From the NCBI GenBank assembly GCA_030141605.1, contig JAQGDQ010000344.1, positions 188,826-252,825 on the forward strand: a DNA stretch of 64,000 nucleotides, read 5' to 3'. The DNA is from Tubiluchus corallicola (Eukaryota; Animalia; Priapulida). Below are positions 1-42,323 of the stretch, one piece after another. Numbering within the stretch: position 1 is the first letter of the stretch; every line of letters begins with the position of its first letter. A program made the translations under genes and the position numbers. Under the pieces are notes generated by a model. The model was given only the letters and a program-made list of their open reading frames with translations, did not search any database and was not told the DNA's origin.

Positions 1-229
1 TGCGCGCTAGTGATTTTGTAAAAAAAATTGTGTAAAAGTTCACGCAGCAGCAAGGCACAGTATAGCTGGAACAATAGATTGCCATAGTGTTTGTGACACG
101 CAGTAATCAAGTAATTTAATTATTCTGATATCTATCGAACCCTTCCCTTCCCAGGCAGCAAAAGAAAAGTGATGACAATTTGTAACATACGATAAATTAG
201 GGGTACACATGCTGTATGTAGGTAATTAC

Positions 230-3200
230 CTCGATATAATCAAACATGCAATTGTTTTCATATTCTAAATTCAAGGCCTTGAATTCCAAGATGTACAACT
301 TCTGAAAAAAAGAAAAACTTTTAACTAAGAGAGTAGGTTAAACAAAAATAATACGGATACTAAGGATAACAGGATGTCTTGTCTTGCAACGCCATAAGTT
401 GCAAAATGTAAAATTTTGATAGATTTTATTCGCATTTCAACCTTAGCGAGCGCAGGGCGAGGTGAGCAACCCAGTTAAGTGATGCTGAGCCTGTTTGGTA
501 GACTCTAAGTTCAGTGTTTGTTAAACAAGTTAAGATTATAAAGATTTTTCTGGTTCTATTCCCACTTTCCAATTGTCGGTCCTTACCTTGAATGCCTGTT
601 GGCCTTGTTTCGGGCAATCTGCATGAAAACTGGCTATCCCAAAGATAAAATTTCATACAAAGACATCTACATAACACACAGATAAATACCTCTAAAACCA
701 TGATGAAATTAAAGTGTCTATTACGTCCGCATAGCCAACACAGTCTACGTTGTTATCTTCTTACCTTGTTTACATTGTGTGATTGCATCAAAGCTTAGGA
801 CTACTCCACGATCGTATTTACCTTAGTTGTGTGGTTTATAAAGACCTCGCAATCAAAATTTACAGGATAAGGGGCTTTCCCGTATTCTGGTAGCACTATG
901 TCTGTCTCGACATTGACTATCTCGGATCCGTTAGCTTTACATAACGCAACTGTAAACAAACCAAATAAGATTTAAGAACTTACAATATGAAAAAATATTT
1001 AAGACATTGAAGAAAAATGCGTGTTTATATTGCGGTTTAAAACAAATATATGGAATCTCAGTTACACCACGTACTTTCACAACTTCCCTTTCGAACATAA
1101 AAGCCCATTTAATTAAATATAGGAATTTTGAATTGGTGTGTGCACGACAACTTGCGCGCCATTCCAGAATTCCTATATCCAAGGCCATATATTTTAGTTA
1201 AATGAATCATAATTAGTAATTATTGTAAATGTGTTTTATTCTTCCTCGTCATTAATTCTTGTTGCTACTTTTTTCGTTGCTGCACAGCAGTTTAGACTGC
1301 ATTGTCGCATTTGCCTTTAGCAGTGTAAATTTTTATTAACCAACGCCGATTGATCATCTCTGTAAAGTCTGTTTTCAGTGATTATCAATGTACTTTAACT
1401 CCTTCAGGACCGCACCATTGAAAATATGTTTTATAAGACCTATGACTTTTCTGTTACTGTATGAGGACAGCCATAATTAAATGATTGCAAATTAGGCAGT
1501 TCTATTCAGGAGAATCTCGGCTATCCAACCATGCTATTTGTTTAAACATTTATAAGTGATTTACTTGGATAAAATTAAGAAAAACACGCCTTCTTCAGGC
1601 ACTCCAAATTAGCCTATCGAGTAGCTTGGTCTGGTGCACACTTGCGTGATCGTACACACTTATTTATTGATCACTTGCTTGCTGCAGCCCAAGCTGTGCA
1701 GCGTTCTGCTGCTACTCCAGGAAAAACCAACCGATGTGCGAAGGACAAATTAAAGTCCTTTCATCTTTTAACAAAATTTCTCCTTAAAAATAGAGTGGAC
1801 TTGAGGACAAAGCGTTAGCTGAGTGTTGTGTTTGGTTAGTTGAAATTTTCTGCATTAGCTGATTTCACACAAGTAATACTGTACATTGTTACAATGAAAA
1901 TACAGCAGCTGCTGAAAGCTTTTTCAATTTTTTCATCAAATTGTCTATGGTAAGCAAATGCGTTTCATATATAATTCTGTATGAAAATCCATTGTGTGAG
2001 GAGTAGAAGCCTACAAAAAAAAATTGTCAAATATAATGTAATCGCTGCTTAGTGAGAGCAATTTTTCATGAACCTATGCCAAATGCAGCAAACACTTACG
2101 GTCCTTAAGGAGTTAATGGCAAATAAAGATTGTTTTATATTTATAATTGTAGATTTGTTCTGCTGTGACTGCTAAGATTTGGCTTTACACCGAGTGTTTT
2201 AGAAGAAACCTATAGCACGTAATTACAATGTTGTAATGCAGAAGTTCAAGTTCATCTTGGGGAAAACAACAAGTGTTATTCAACGCATTCAACATAATGA
2301 ATGTTTTCACATGTAGTGTCTTTCCCATTTATGTTTCCAGAAGGTAACAGCGCACTCTTCCAGCAGTTATTATCACAATCTTTTACTAAATGACACAACA
2401 CTCAACGGTCTTTCATAATGCTTTATGATGATTTTGTCAGAAGATTTCAGCATATTTTTACTGCACTTTTTCTTCTAGAACACTCTGTGCTACAATAAGA
2501 TTCTTATTATGCTTGAAAACTAATTACCGTTGTCACTTTCTGGTTGAAAATCAGGTAAGACATCATCTAGCTTTGGAGTAAATGGTGGAAAAGTTAACTG
2601 CTCACGTTCCCTGTAACTGAAACCTACAGAAGATCTGACGACGTCACCAAAAGCAGGAGCTTGAAAGGCGTTGTAAGAGTTACCAAAAGTAGGCAACACT
2701 TGAGGGACAGAAGAAGGGCTTTTGGTTGAGGTCCTTTCTGTTGTGGCATTAACTAAGATACTCGCTGTTGACGTTGTTGCTGATGCTGCTTTTGTTGATC
2801 TTGTTGGAGGTAAAGGTATCGCTGTTGTAACTGTTGTTTGTGGTGGGGATGATCTTGCTCCTGTTATTGTTGCTGATGATGGTGCTGCGGCAGTTGTTGC
2901 TATTGGTGTTGTTGTTGTTGTTGGTGGTGGTGGTAGTGATGTGGTTGATGTTGCTGCCGTAAACCACGGCGTGGTAGATGTCACTGTAGAAGAGTAATCA
3001 CTAGTGTTAGCTTCTGAGGGACTAGAAGTTACACGATACTTTGGTAAAGGTTGAAAAAGTTTTTGCGTTGTGGATGATGATTCGGCAGCAGTTGAACTTC
3101 TCGCTTGAAGTGGATCATTACTTCTCTCAAGAAAGTTCGGCTTTTGCTGCTTCGAGAGAACATCGAAATGCGAAGTTCGATGTCTTGCATCTAAAGCAGA

Positions 3201-4130
3201 GGTAAACCTGTTTTCCTTTGCAAGGAGTCCACCGTAGCTTCTGCTTACAGTTAAGAAACTATTTGCTCTGTAAGACGGTGGAGGTCTGTCAGACGGAAAT
3301 GTCCTAGTACTTGGTACTCTGTCAGGTAGGACAGGTGTTGGAAGTGGTCGCCCTCGATTAAGCTGAGGAAGGTTAACAAACCGATCGTATAGTTCTTCCA
3401 CTGTTGACACACTGCTTAGCTCAGCTAGCACATCCAATGGTATCTATGAATGAACTATGAACTCTCATTATCTATGAAATAAACAGTCATCTAATTTACA
3501 TTAATGCCTTTACATTAATGATGTGAGAAATTTAGATGCAATTAAAATGCGTATTGTTCTGTATCCACCGTAAAGAATTCTTAAAACTTTGTAAAATCCT
3601 TAGTCAGTCAGTCAGTCAGTCAGTCAGTCAGTCAGTCAGTCAGTCAGTCAGTCAGTCAGTCAGTCAGTCAGTCAGTCAGTCAGTGAATCATCCAATCAAT
3701 CAATCAAGCAATCAAACAATCAATAAATGAATTAATCAATGAATTAATCGATGAATCACTCAGTGAATCAATGAAAAAGTCAATCAGTCAATCAATAAAT
3801 CAATCATTCAATCAATCAATTAATCAGTCAATCTATAAAAGATCCTAAGTAAACTCTAAACGAGTTGAAAGTCGTCGGAATGTGCCCATGTTAATGAATT
3901 GTCATGATGCTTCTTGGAACGTAGGTCCTCATCTGTGGCACTGTATCCAATAAACATGCATATAACTAAGTAATTTCGTGATTTTAAAATTTTAATATTA
4001 ATATTCCTTAATTTGATCCAGAGCAAGTTTTTTCTGTAAGTACGTTGTTTCAATAGTTACTTACCTCGGAAGCACATTTTTGAAATAATAACACACAGTG
4101 GAGGAAAAGCAAGCTCGTCGAGCACTTCAT
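230..4130 (-). CDS. Secreted protein: signal peptide, Ser/Thr/Pro-rich mucin-like stalk and CUB domain (5' part; continues beyond window start)
   Basis: Exons 4130-4065 (MKCSTSLLFLHCVLLFQKCASE, signal-like), 3443-2528 (IPLDVLAELSS... Thr-rich), 949-822 (VALCKANGSEIVNVETDIVLPEYGKAPYPVNFDCEVFINHTTK) and 301-230 (KLYILEFKALNLEYENNCMFDYIE). All have GT-AG sites and compatible phases (0,1,0). The last two match the CUB pattern C..I..P.Y..PYP.N..C and F...LE...C.(Y/F)DY.E. Confidence 0.8.
1399..2112. mobile_element. Non-autonomous piggyBac-like DNA transposon
   Basis: TTAA|CTCCTTCAGGACCG ... CGGTCCTTAAGGAG|TTAA: 14-bp TIR with 1 mismatch, TTAA on both sides, no ORF. Confidence 0.75.
3602..3835. 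repeat. (AGTC)n microsatellite followed by degenerate (AATC)n
   Basis: Direct reading. Confidence 0.95.
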
Positions 4131-4736
4131 TTCTTTGCAAGTTTATACGTTTGCATTCGACACAGCATTGATGAATAATGCAACGAAAAATTAGCGCTAA
4201 TACATTTGTATCAATCTACAAAATGGAAAACTAAATACAATTTCACAAATCTTGCACCAAAGTTTACAGTAAACCAAGAAGCAAAAGCCTTTATTGTCAG
4301 AGGTAAACATACAATTAATTTACCGCAGTGGGTCAGATCTAAGCATAACAGGCGCTTTGAGGAACAATGAATGTACATAAGTTTCGTCTACCGTCCGTAT
4401 AAAACAGATTTAATACAAGAGCAAACCAGTAACGACAACAGCAGTTAAAAGGGGCTCTAAACTGTGGTTGGTTTTACTAAATTTCCGCAACGAATTTCTT
4501 GGAAACTAACTGTGCTTAGAACGATAGGTTAGATTACTTGAAAGTATGGATTCGCCGTCAAAAGCATTTCAGTCGTATAGTGAAGCAGTCGGCGTGACTG
4601 ATTTGTAGCCTAAGGTTGTACTACATTTTCATAGTCTTAAAGCTAGTTCCTGTTTGTAAAGTACTTGGCGAGTTCTATGATCTGTGTAAAAATCCCCTCA
4701 CTCTCACACACCAGTGACTGGGGCAGTGGTGTTAGG

Positions 4737-4939
4737 ATGAAAGAGTAACTCGAAATGGTAACGCAGTAATGATTAAAACTCATCAGAGCTTATACACAGC
4801 GTATGAAAGAGAAACTCGAAATGGTAACGCAGTAATGATTAAAACTCATCAGAACATATACACAGCGTATGAAAGAGTAACTCGAAATGGTAACGCAGTA
4901 ATGATTAAAACTCATCAGAACTTATACACAGCGTATATG
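4737..4939. repeat. 66-bp tandem repeat, 3 copies
   Basis: Unit atgaaagagtaactcgaaatggtaacgcagtaatgattaaaactcatcag...cacagcgt starts at 4737, 4803 and 4869. Confidence 0.95.
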
Positions 4940-5127
4940 AATAAGTCGGTAGACATTTTATACTAGGAAATAATCGCACAAGTTGCTACAGATAGTCTTG
5001 CGCAGTGCACAGTAGTTAATTTTTATTATACTTGTATAGGCTTAGCTAAGAATGTAGCCTGTTTCGAATGATAGTCGGCGTGACACAGTCGGTGACGATG
5101 ACATTGTCGAAGAGGACGACACTGACA

Positions 5128-5375
5128 GTGATGACGATGACGATGACGGTGAAGATGATGATGATGGTTCGGCGGTGGTGGTGATGGTGGTGGTAATGGT
5201 AGTGGTGGTGGTGATGGTGGTGATGATGGTGGTGGTGGTAGTGGTGGTGGTGGTGGTGGTGGTGATGGTGATGATGATGGTGGTGGTGGTAGTGGTGGTG
5301 GTAGTGGTGGTGGTGATGGTGGTGATGATGGTGGTGGTGGTAGTGGTGGTGGTAGTGGTGGTGGTGGTGGTAGTG
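5128..5375. repeat. (GAT)/(GGT)/(AGT) trinucleotide microsatellite
   Basis: Direct reading; source of the spurious poly-His and poly-Val ORFs. Confidence 0.9.
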
Positions 5376-5836
5376 CTTATTATTCTTTATTAGCAGCTTA
5401 CGCCTAACAATTGCTCCGTGGATTGGAGTAACTGTATCAGATGCAGTCTGATTTGTAAATCCACTATAAACAAACAAAATTTAAGCTACGAAGAAACGGC
5501 TTTAGTGCTGAAAGTAAATTGAACAGCAATGTTGCAAAGCTGTATAATACTTACAGCAAGCAGTTAATAAAGCATGACATTGACCATATAGCATGTCATT
5601 GAAAAAGATAAGAATTCAACGTTTACATTAAAGTTACTAGAACTATGCTGTTAAGAAAGCTTGCATGTTGTTAACACAAAACTGTAACGAAACCTGATGT
5701 AGTATCGTGTCGCGGGCCATTGTCGTTTTGGAAACTTATTCGTTAGTGCAGCAAAAAAGGCCAAGGCAGTAAACAGGCTCAGCAGTGTAGACGTGTGGTT
5801 CATTATCTTGCTGCTTTGGTTCTGATAACTTTTACA

Positions 5837-6028
5837 TGCTAAAGTGGCATTTATATAGATGCGGATGCGTTTTGGGAAGTGCGGAGTAGATAAATCGGTT
5901 TATATTGTTTTCAATGCACCCGTTTATGGAGCCTGCGTATGCTATTTCCTATTAATTTTTTTCCGCAGGCTGTTCCACAGTAGAAAACGCATCCGCATCC
6001 GCATGCTACATAAACGCCACTTTAGCAT
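5837..6028. mobile_element. Short palindromic MITE
   Basis: atgctaaagtggcatttatatag-atgcggatgcgtttt ... aaaacgcatccgcat..ctacataaacgccactttagcat: long imperfect terminal inverted repeats. Confidence 0.6.
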
Positions 6029-6880
6029 AGAAACCCACTTTCCAAGTTGTTAAAGGTAGGCTCTAACCTCCAACGCGCATGGAAAGCAAGTACGACACCT
6101 AGTGGTGAGATTTTCAAACTTAACTGTCCTTAATAAGGTCATTCAATATACAGTAATTATTAGATGGTAACAAAAAAGAGTCCTTGTCAGTGTCAACGTT
6201 TGTATAATTCCAGATTGTCACGACGACGCAGACACACACTTATTTGTGGGAATGCAGAAACCTGCTCCCATTCTAAGTAAATATGATAATAACAAATATA
6301 AACACATGTCGTCTAGTAGATACTTCTCTCACAACGTTTATTCATTCTCTTCTCAAATCGTCCTCGTCTCGTCGACAAGCAATTTTGATTCTTTTTGGTA
6401 ATACAGCTTCAAACACCTTACTTTAATTTAGTAAATATGGTGTGGACGACGATAGTAGTGATGACGACAGTGGCGAAGATAACAATGATAAGGGCGACAA
6501 TGCTAATGATTTTGGCAACTATGACAGAGATGACGATATTGACAATAACTGCAACAATGATGATTATAATAGCCTTGTTTCAATTTAATTGCATTTAATT
6601 TAACACATGGGCGCAACCATTTTATTTTTTACGTTTTTGCCTTATTTTACACAGCATGATAATCTAGAAATTGTGAATTTAACGCCGTTTGACATTCAAC
6701 AAAATCAGAATCAGCTCTCAACGCTTTATCTAATGTAGGTGGTTGGACCTCAACCTAGCTAGTACCGAATCGGCAGAGAGATGCATTTGTCATGCTACTC
6801 CCTCCGTCGTTTGCAATGTGGGGCGCGATAAAAAAAAATTAATGAAAATGCTTGTTTAGGAAGCATTCGCGATTTAGAAG

Positions 6881-25998
<19,118 letters not shown>

Positions 25999-26601
25999 AA
26001 CTGTTGCATTTCACGACATTTGTCGTTGTCATGTCACTTTTCATTCAGAGAACTGTTACTCAGTTACGTTTACTTTTACCACTAAGTAATATAAAGCAAA
26101 ATAAACTAATTAACTAAACAAAAGACGTCATTATCATCGTCGTCGTCGTCGTCATCATCATCATCGTCGTCGTCATCACAATCACAATCACCATCACCAT
26201 CATCATTGTCATCGTCATCATCATCATCATCATCATTACTATTGTCTTCATCGTTGTTGTCACCATCATTGTCTTTATCGTATTGAGCTGTATTGTCAAT
26301 CACGTCATGGTTATCTTGCCCTTAGTTTAAGGTTACATTCTACGTGTTTTCAAAACAAACGTTAAACGAAATTATACTGTTTTCTTTTTCTGCGAAGTCT
26401 GCTCAAAAAGCTTCAAGCTGTCTTTAATAACAATAAATTCCTGCCGAATAATTACAAATTTTTCATGTGAACATTTATTAACCTATATGTGGTAACAATA
26501 TTCCTAATAATGATTTCTGAATACGTTCATTTTTTGTGGATAGATTGAAGTTCGTAGAAAAGCAAAAAAGCTAAATTTTGAAAACCACATCAAATTTATT
26601 A

Positions 26602-26977
26602 CACTCATATCTCGGTTTCCCGGATCTCGCTCTTACGGATATCAGAAAAATCGGACAAAATCTGGACTAATAATAGTCCTGCATACCACAGACACAGTCC
26701 GTTGTTTCGCGAGCTGACCGCTAGTTGGCGGGCCGTCACTTTGTTTACATCATTTACATCAGTACACGGACGTATCTCTATATATAAAATATATTGTCAA
26801 TTATTTGAGTCAATTGCTGACAGTTTTTATATACTTTTGCATTGACGCGGCCGTACTAACGTTTTTGAGACAATTAGGCGATTGATTCTACATTAATGCA
26901 ACTAAAATTAATACGGACAATTGGCAAATTTGGACCAACGTCTCCCCGCTTTTGTCTGGCAAACTGGGATATGAGTG
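26602..26977. mobile_element. CACTA/EnSpm-like MITE
   Basis: TIR CACTCATATCTCGGTTT / AAACTGGGATATGAGTG with TA on both sides; absent at the homologous site of unit A (~13080). A partial relative at 16321-17620 hosts the hAT insertion. Confidence 0.7.
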
Positions 26978-27283
26978 TATTAGCATTATTAATGACAATA
27001 ATTAACTCGTGCCTTTACTTTTACTTGTACACATCATCCCAGATAAAAACTGCGAGCTGTAAAAGCTAATTATGTCTAATACAAATATCCACAAAATCAT
27101 TTAAAATGTACATACAGAACTTCTAAATTAAACTTTTGTTGGAAGCAAATACATAAAGCAGAAGCATATAACTTTTTAATTATATTAACTTTATCTAAAA
27201 TTTACAGAACAGTTTGCATTTTTCAGTACTCGGAAGAGCTGCTCAAAATTCTTCTGTGCTCCCGCCCATGTAGTTATTTTAAA

Positions 27284-27667
27284 CAGTGGCGTATCAAGTT
27301 ATTACGACGCCCTAGCCATAGTGAATCCTGCCACATTTTGAATTTGTGGTTGGTTATATATGATGTTCTATTAATAATTACTCGTGGTGTATTAGTAGTA
27401 CTTACATGGTTATTATTAATGACATGTTTTAATAGTTTTACATCTAACCAGGTAGCTCATCTGCTTGTGGGTGGCCATTAAGTAAAATATTACTCAATAA
27501 CTACTAGTGGTGCATTATAAGATACGCGCTTTATATGAATATGAAAGGAAACTCACTTTCCCAGGAAAATGAGAATTTTTTAAAACTGAGCACCTAAAAT
27601 CTGAAGCTTCTCAAAAATATTGTCCTAGTCATAATCCCTAGTTAGTCTGTTGGTAAATACGCCCTTG
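27284..27667. mobile_element. hAT-type MITE, inverted relative of 54754-55141
   Basis: cagtggcgtatc ... aatacgcccttg; internal similarity to the reverse complement of 54754-55141. Confidence 0.55.
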
Positions 27668-28098
27668 ATTATAAAACAAAAATGCTTGCAAGACCAAACT
27701 GCTCTTTTACAAAATAGTTCCGCAAGATTTAATTCTTGCATTCAGCATCTAGACTCACCGATGATTCAATCAAGTTTGAATAGTGAGCATAGGAATGAGT
27801 TTCAAATAATGTAACTCCAGGTTAAATTACAATTATATTTGGGCTTTACTTAACCAAAAATAATAAATATATATAACTTGTGTACATAGCAAAAAATAAT
27901 GGCAAATTACATGTGCATATAAGTAGTAATTACTAATACGAGTGAGCTTGATATTCCATAACATTTGTTAATTTTTATTAGTTTCCAAAAATAATGTCAG
28001 AATGTTTGTTCAATTCAATTCACACAGATTACACTTTTATTTCAGACTTAGTGTCAATACTGAAATTATATGAAAATATATAAAACTTTAGTATATAT

Positions 28099-28105
28099 NN
28101 NNNNN
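28099..28105. other. Assembly gap (7 N) within (TA)n
   Basis: Run of n in the sequence. Confidence 1.
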
Positions 28106-28136
<31 letters not shown>

Positions 28137-28747
28137 TTTAATTTAAACAACTTTGTAACTGTAATTATCTAGTTTTTATAAGCAACTCTTGACTACACCG
28201 ATATTGTGAATAGTCCACAACACAATCTAACACATTCTTTTCAAAACTTTTAAAAAAGTTTTACAATAACTTTTAGAAAGCGCGAGTATATTTAATCTCA
28301 ATTGAAGAAGAGCTGAATTTTCTAATTATCCTGCTTCCTCTAACATGCAATGATCTTTTTTTTAATTAATTCGTGCAGATTATATGTACAACATATGCCA
28401 CCATAATAAGTACGCTGCCATTATTGTCAATAGTTGATATAAAACAACTAGAAGGCCTAAACAGATATGTCAATTTTACGAGAAATTAACTTAAATGACT
28501 GAAATAACTATTGCAAATACAATAAAATATTAACTGTACAAAAATAGCAGGCCAAAAATTACATATACTTAAACATCGTAATTGAATTACAGCTAATTGC
28601 TGTTGGCAAATTTGCTGGTTATAACGACTTCCAATTTTTTGGTCCATAAAGTTTATGTTTTGTGATGCTGTGTTATCTCACGTTACGTTACGTTATGCAA
28701 GTTCTCCTTTCTTCTTTCTTTTCTTTTTCATTTTCATGTGAGCATGG

Positions 28748-40260
<11,513 letters not shown>

Positions 40261-40802
40261 TATGTTACCTTTTATGTAGCATTTGCTGCATTTGAATGGA
40301 ATATTAATTTCTAACGTTATTATTATTAAACCTGACAACGTTTGCTACATGTTTTACTAGACCGGCGCGCAATGCTTTTCTTTGGAAAGAAATTTATGTA
40401 GCAGTTTATGCGCGTGTAACCATCTGCAGCAATTCCCAGCACTGATCAATTGTTATCCACTGACCAATTGTTGCCCACTGATCAATTGTTGTTCGGATGC
40501 TTAGTGACTGTTTCCTTCATGTAAAATTAATAATGGTTTCTTGGAAAAATATTGACTCTATTTAAGATTGCTATTAGACGAGCTTATTATGGTATGGCCC
40601 CACTATCACTTTCACATGTAACTTTCACTATATATCTCCTACTGAGCAGTTCGTGTTTTTAAATGTGTTACAAGATGTAGAAGTTATTAAAAACAATGCC
40701 AAATTGGTCCACAAAATATTTTAAGGTAGGCCCGCCTGAGATAACTCAGTACAAGACTGATTGACTGACTAACTGTGTAATACACTTATAATATTTAGTT
40801 TA

Positions 40803-40856
<54 letters not shown>

Positions 40857-40989
40857 ACATTTTTGTCGTTTTTGTCTCTTGTAATTTGCTTTGCTCAGTA
40901 GTTCAATAAATATTGAGCAGACATGCGAACGATTCTTTGGTACTCGAATATGTTTTTTTTGTAAAATTATCAATGTTTTTTGCTTACAG

Positions 40990-41229
40990 GCAGTGAAAAT
41001 AATTTCCTCATCTACGGACCTGATGAGATCGACCTTTACGGTACCTATGATGTGCAATCTGTCATGCACTACGGCTGCTACGGATTCTCTTCAAACGGAA
41101 GACCGACTCTTAGCAGAAAGAACAACCCTGTTTGCAAGAAGCCAGTAGGGCAGCCCATCTACTAGGGGGGGGGGGGGGGTAAGAAGCAGCGATATTTACA
41201 AGTTGAACGAAATGTATTGTCCAAAATAA
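40990..41229 (+). pseudogene. Duplicated astacin terminal exon with premature stop and G15 run
   Basis: Intact acceptor ttacag, then GSENNFLIYGPDEIDLYGTYDVQSVMHY...GQPIY followed by TAG. A run of 15 G replaces tggaggtt of copy A, after which homology resumes. Confidence 0.8.
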
Positions 41230-42323
41230 AACTGTTGCTTTTCACGACATTAGTAGTGGTTTTGAAGAATTAGCTGTGATTTGTTGTAGTTCTCAATTTA
41301 TGTGCTACTTCAGAATGCACTAATTTGACTGCAACACATACACACATGCAGTAATAGAAAAAATGATTTGTGATGGGAAAAAGAAATTCTTAAAATAAAA
41401 ATAACAGCCAACACCTACTTAAGCAAAGACATGACCTTTATTCAGACACAAACATCTGTAACGTTTCGATCATAAGATCGTCACGTTCACACAACAATCT
41501 AACTAAATAAAAAGTGTACAAAAATTACAAAAATCAACATCGGAAAAGTAAACAGGACAAATACTGAATACAGCTCGTGTGATACAAAGCAAAATTACAG
41601 AAAAAATAAATGTATGTTACTTCAACACAAGTTAGTGAGTGAAGTGTTCGATTCATTTGGGAGTCACTGGGTTTCGAGTACGATAATCACAAGTAGCTGT
41701 GTGACCAAATGATCATGTGGTTGAACTTCCAATCCAAACATCTCTGATTCAAAGCCAGACTCGCTACAATTTTTTTCTCATTATCACTTATAGCCTTGTA
41801 GCAGAAACAAACGTTTAGAATCCGAAGATAATCAGAGACAAATTCCTCTTTTATTAGCATTTAATATCTTGAGATCACGAATGACAAACTGGGAATAACA
41901 AAATGTGACTTGCAAACTGTACGAGTGTGCTTTTCATGTACATTCGAGGTAAAAAATTGAGGAGGAACGCTAGTTTGAACTACGGAACTTCAGTTTTTAA
42001 TTGAATATTATTGAAATGAGTGACACTTCTCGCTCAAAACTTGAATTTAATCACTATTATCTGAATGCCAATATTATTATATATTATTATTAATGATGTT
42101 ACTTTCACACCAGTAATTAAATTTTGATGCCAAACTTAAAGACAGTAATTGTAAAAAAGTGTGAATCCGGTCTGGTAGTTTTCACATTTCCTGTCTTTAA
42201 AGTTTGGTATGTACCTGTGGGTTTGTACCGTCATTCATGCAAAACTCGTTGTTTTTAACACAGTATTTGCTCTATCACAGTGTAAATGTAATCATCGTCT
42301 ATAATGCAGATGACTTTGAAATT

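Noticed and set aside
587-618. Candidate 32-nt exon between the two CUB exons
   Set aside because: It would shift the frame; the direct 822-to-301 join already gives a continuous CUB pattern.
4737-4939. 66-bp repeat as a CRISPR-like array or hammerhead array (CTGATGAG on the minus strand)
   Set aside because: Units are contiguous with no unique spacers, there is no stem II plus GAAA on the same strand, and the context is eukaryotic.
5046-5477. Poly-His ORF of 143 aa
   Set aside because: Translation of a trinucleotide microsatellite. The same applies to the homopolymeric or dipeptide ORFs at 8060-8452, 9383-9874, 12639-13075, 30988-31318, 48435-48816, 52415-53113, 57733-58094, 59080-60009 and 63280-63709.
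41455-41490. Third hammerhead-like relic on the minus strand (GATC-ttat-GATC-GAAACG)
   Set aside because: The CUGAnGA core is not recognisable and there is no supporting repeat structure.
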